A stretch of DNA of 64,000 nt. It comes from Raillietiella orientalis. Its lineage: Eukaryota. The notes under the pieces were generated by a model. It was not told where the DNA came from. It was given only the letters and a program-made list of their open reading frames with translations, and did no database searches. The DNA lies in contig JAYWIR010000027.1 in NCBI GenBank assembly GCA_036172245.1, forward strand, positions 1,612,001-1,676,000, given 5' to 3'. Position numbers and translations under genes: made by a program. Below, in pieces: positions 61,498-64,000 of this stretch (position 1 is the stretch's first letter; each line of letters begins with the position of its first letter).

Positions 61498-63750
61498 GTT
61501 TCACACCGGGGACTGTTGCGCCGTGGCGTTTATTTTAAAAGTAAACAAGCATGTGTAGGGCCAACGGCCCTACAACGTCCGAAGGAGTTCGGAACTTGCC
61601 GAGCAACCGGTATGCAGGCCGGCGAGGTTCGTCTCGGCAGAGGAGGGAGAGGGAGCAAGCAAAAATAAAAATAAAAACAAAAACACTATTTACAGAAAAA
61701 ATGGGAGGGTTAGAGATGAGATCACTATCCTCTGGAGGCGTCCTCTGCATCCTTTCCAGGATGCCGGCAAGTTCCATCCGAGTATGCCCCAGGTGGGGCC
61801 ACCTTGCTGCCGTCCGCAGGAAGCGCAGGGAGAAGCTGATGGCATCCCTATTGTGCTGTCCTCCTCTCGCGTGGCTCCAGGACGCCACAGTCCTGCGTAG
61901 GCAGCACAGAGCTGCTAGGGCTGTAGCAGGTGAAAGGGCATCGCGCACGAAGAGGCGCTTGAACACGTCTCCGGAGTTGTCCGTCCGTGAACCGAAGACC
62001 GTTGCGTAGAGCAACTACAAGGCTCGGAGGACAACACAATAAGCAGATGCGGGAGGGATTCCCATTCCCCGCACTTGCATCAGTATGGGTCCACAGTCCC
62101 CCATGTCCAGTGAGATTGGCGGGCGTTGCTGGGAGACCCCCAGTGCAACACCAGAAATGCAGACTCCTACCACTTCAGGAGGAGGGCCCACTTGTTCCTC
62201 AGCGCTGGGGGGCACTCGAGGTCTTCCTACGGGATTCCCACCAGCTCGCCCCAGCGCAACAGTCCTTTCGGTAGGATACTTGAGGTCGCAGCGTCGGTTA
62301 GCTGCCCCATGGTCCAACCACCTAAGTCCTTCACCCTTCCGAGGATTTCACCACGGACCTCCCATTGGCCGGCTGACTACTGCCCAGGTGCTCCTTGAGA
62401 TAGGGAAGAGCCGCGGCTAGGGAGGTCCTTTCTGCCCACGCACGCGTGGTGCGCCGCACGATGAGGTCCTGCAGCGAGCAGTTGTTGTAGAAGGAGTGCA
62501 GCAGTCGCCGCCGCATCTCCGGGCTCTCTTCCTTGTTCTGGGCCCATGTGCAAACGATTTCCTGCAACCAGGCACTGCCGTTCGCGGGCCGGCAGAAGAT
62601 CCAGGTGTTCGTCCTGATCACTTTGGTCACTCGACGGAGCTCCAGACCGCAGTGGGCTACGTTGAGTCAGCGCCGCCACGCCCGGAGCGAAGAAGGTCCC
62701 GCGTAGCCGGTGGCTAGCTTGACCAGGTATCATGCGGGCTCGCACCAGTTTGTGCTCCAAAACTTTGCCACTAGGGCGAGCGTCCTCCACCGGAGCTGCC
62801 GCCCCAGGCGCTCCAGCGTCAGAAGGCCGAGGCTTCCGTCGCGACTCGCAGCGCACAAGTCCTTCAGGCGGACTCGGGACCTCATTGCGCCCCACAGGGC
62901 TATTTTCAAGAGGTCCTTCGTCCGCCTTTTAATGCTACTCGATGAGGGGCAAACAAAAAGCAGGGGGCGGAAGAGGGAGGCCACGAACATGTTCCACATC
63001 ACGGCCCGTTCCAGCAAGAGAAACTTGGCATCCTGGAAGCGTCCGATCGCCGACTCTGCCTTCTGGAAGCAGCTGGACCACGCCTTCGCTGGGGAATAAC
63101 CTCCCATCTGCACACTCCGAGGCGGTGGTTGTTGCACTCTCGATCGCACGGGGCTTCTCGAGATCGGCTGATACCTCCATCCTCCCCCTCTTCCCACGCC
63201 GAGACTCGCACATCCTTCGATGGGCAACGGCGCGAAAGCGAGTGCGCTCCTCGACCGCAGTCGCGACCCACTCGGTCGGTTTACATGTCACCCAAATCGG
63301 CCGAAGTGGATGCGGTGAGGGTGGCTGCCGTCCCTGGTACGGCGGAGGAGGTGGCGTCTTCTCCGAGGCATCTGCAGTTCTCTTCGGTCCTTCTTTTCGC
63401 TCCCTGCCATCCCCTGCTGCGCAAGCGCCGAACCTGCTAGAGGATCACCCTGCTTTTAGGCGGAGAGTCTTCCCCAACGTTCCCGGTTCCTTACACTCCG
63501 AAAAAGCGTCTTTCCACATTCAACACCGATGGCATCGATGTACACGCAAGACGATGAGAATTTTTCTCGCCGAGTGCAGCAGCTGGTCGGGGTCATTTGG
63601 CGCCGCAAAGCTCCAGCATGCACGATGATGGGAACATCTGATCTCATCTGTGCATCTGTAGCATATTCCATCGATAGCCCTCCGTGTTTCTGCACGGCTT
63701 CTAGAGCCCTGAAGGCTGCGCTGCACGCTATCGGGCCGCACTGAAGTCGG
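61498..63750 (-). mobile_element. Family B L1/Tx1-like element: RT, thumb, CCHC and 3' UTR (best-preserved copy, still disrupted)
   Basis: 'KQGDPLA' at 63435-63455; thumb 'ERAVMWNMFVAS...LWG...VRLKDLC...GSLGL' (ORF 62730..63227); 'CKCGEWESLPHLL'. Confidence 0.8.
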
Positions 63751-64000
63751 TGCATTCTCAGACCAGGAGGGAGCTTTGCAATCGTCGGATCGCACGCGTC
63801 GGTCCTCTTGCGTCATCATCGTGTCCGCGTCCGCCTTCACCACCGTGGGTGCCGGAGCTGCCCTTCCGTGCAGCTGGTCGGGCGGCAGCAGCGTCCGGCT
63901 CCTCTTGTTCTTCTCGGTCAGCCTCCTCCTCCTCCTCTTCCGTCTCCCTACTCTGAAGTCGGCGGACGTTGCACGGGAGACCCCAGTGCAACAGCAGGGG

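Overview
GC-rich, CpG-rich eukaryotic DNA, not bacterial: homopolymer runs, microsatellites and polypyrimidine tracts, with no operons and no intact host gene that I can recognise. The long ORFs in the track are mostly GC-driven artefacts. Read across frameshifts, most of the window is a nested graveyard of about 28 decayed non-LTR retrotransposon fragments. Motif shadows suggest L1/Tx1-like, CRE-like, R2/NeSL-like, R4/Dong-like and I/ingi/Jockey-like elements. There are also a few possible host-gene relics (CRN/RHS-type NTPase, S1 domain, RING). Most notable: (1) three pairs of ~99%-identical, GC-elevated tracts (0.8-1.6 kb, 26-34 kb apart, one inverted) sit in register inside otherwise highly diverged dead elements, suggesting ongoing ectopic gene conversion; (2) an L1-like family has four copies sharing a structured 3' end with no poly(A) tail; (3) a tRNA-derived structured module with covarying stems is carried at the 3' end of a LINE-derived repeat; (4) a 175-bp inverted templated insertion has junction microhomology. 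Clade calls rest on by-eye motif matching of degenerate peptides, and element boundaries are approximate.
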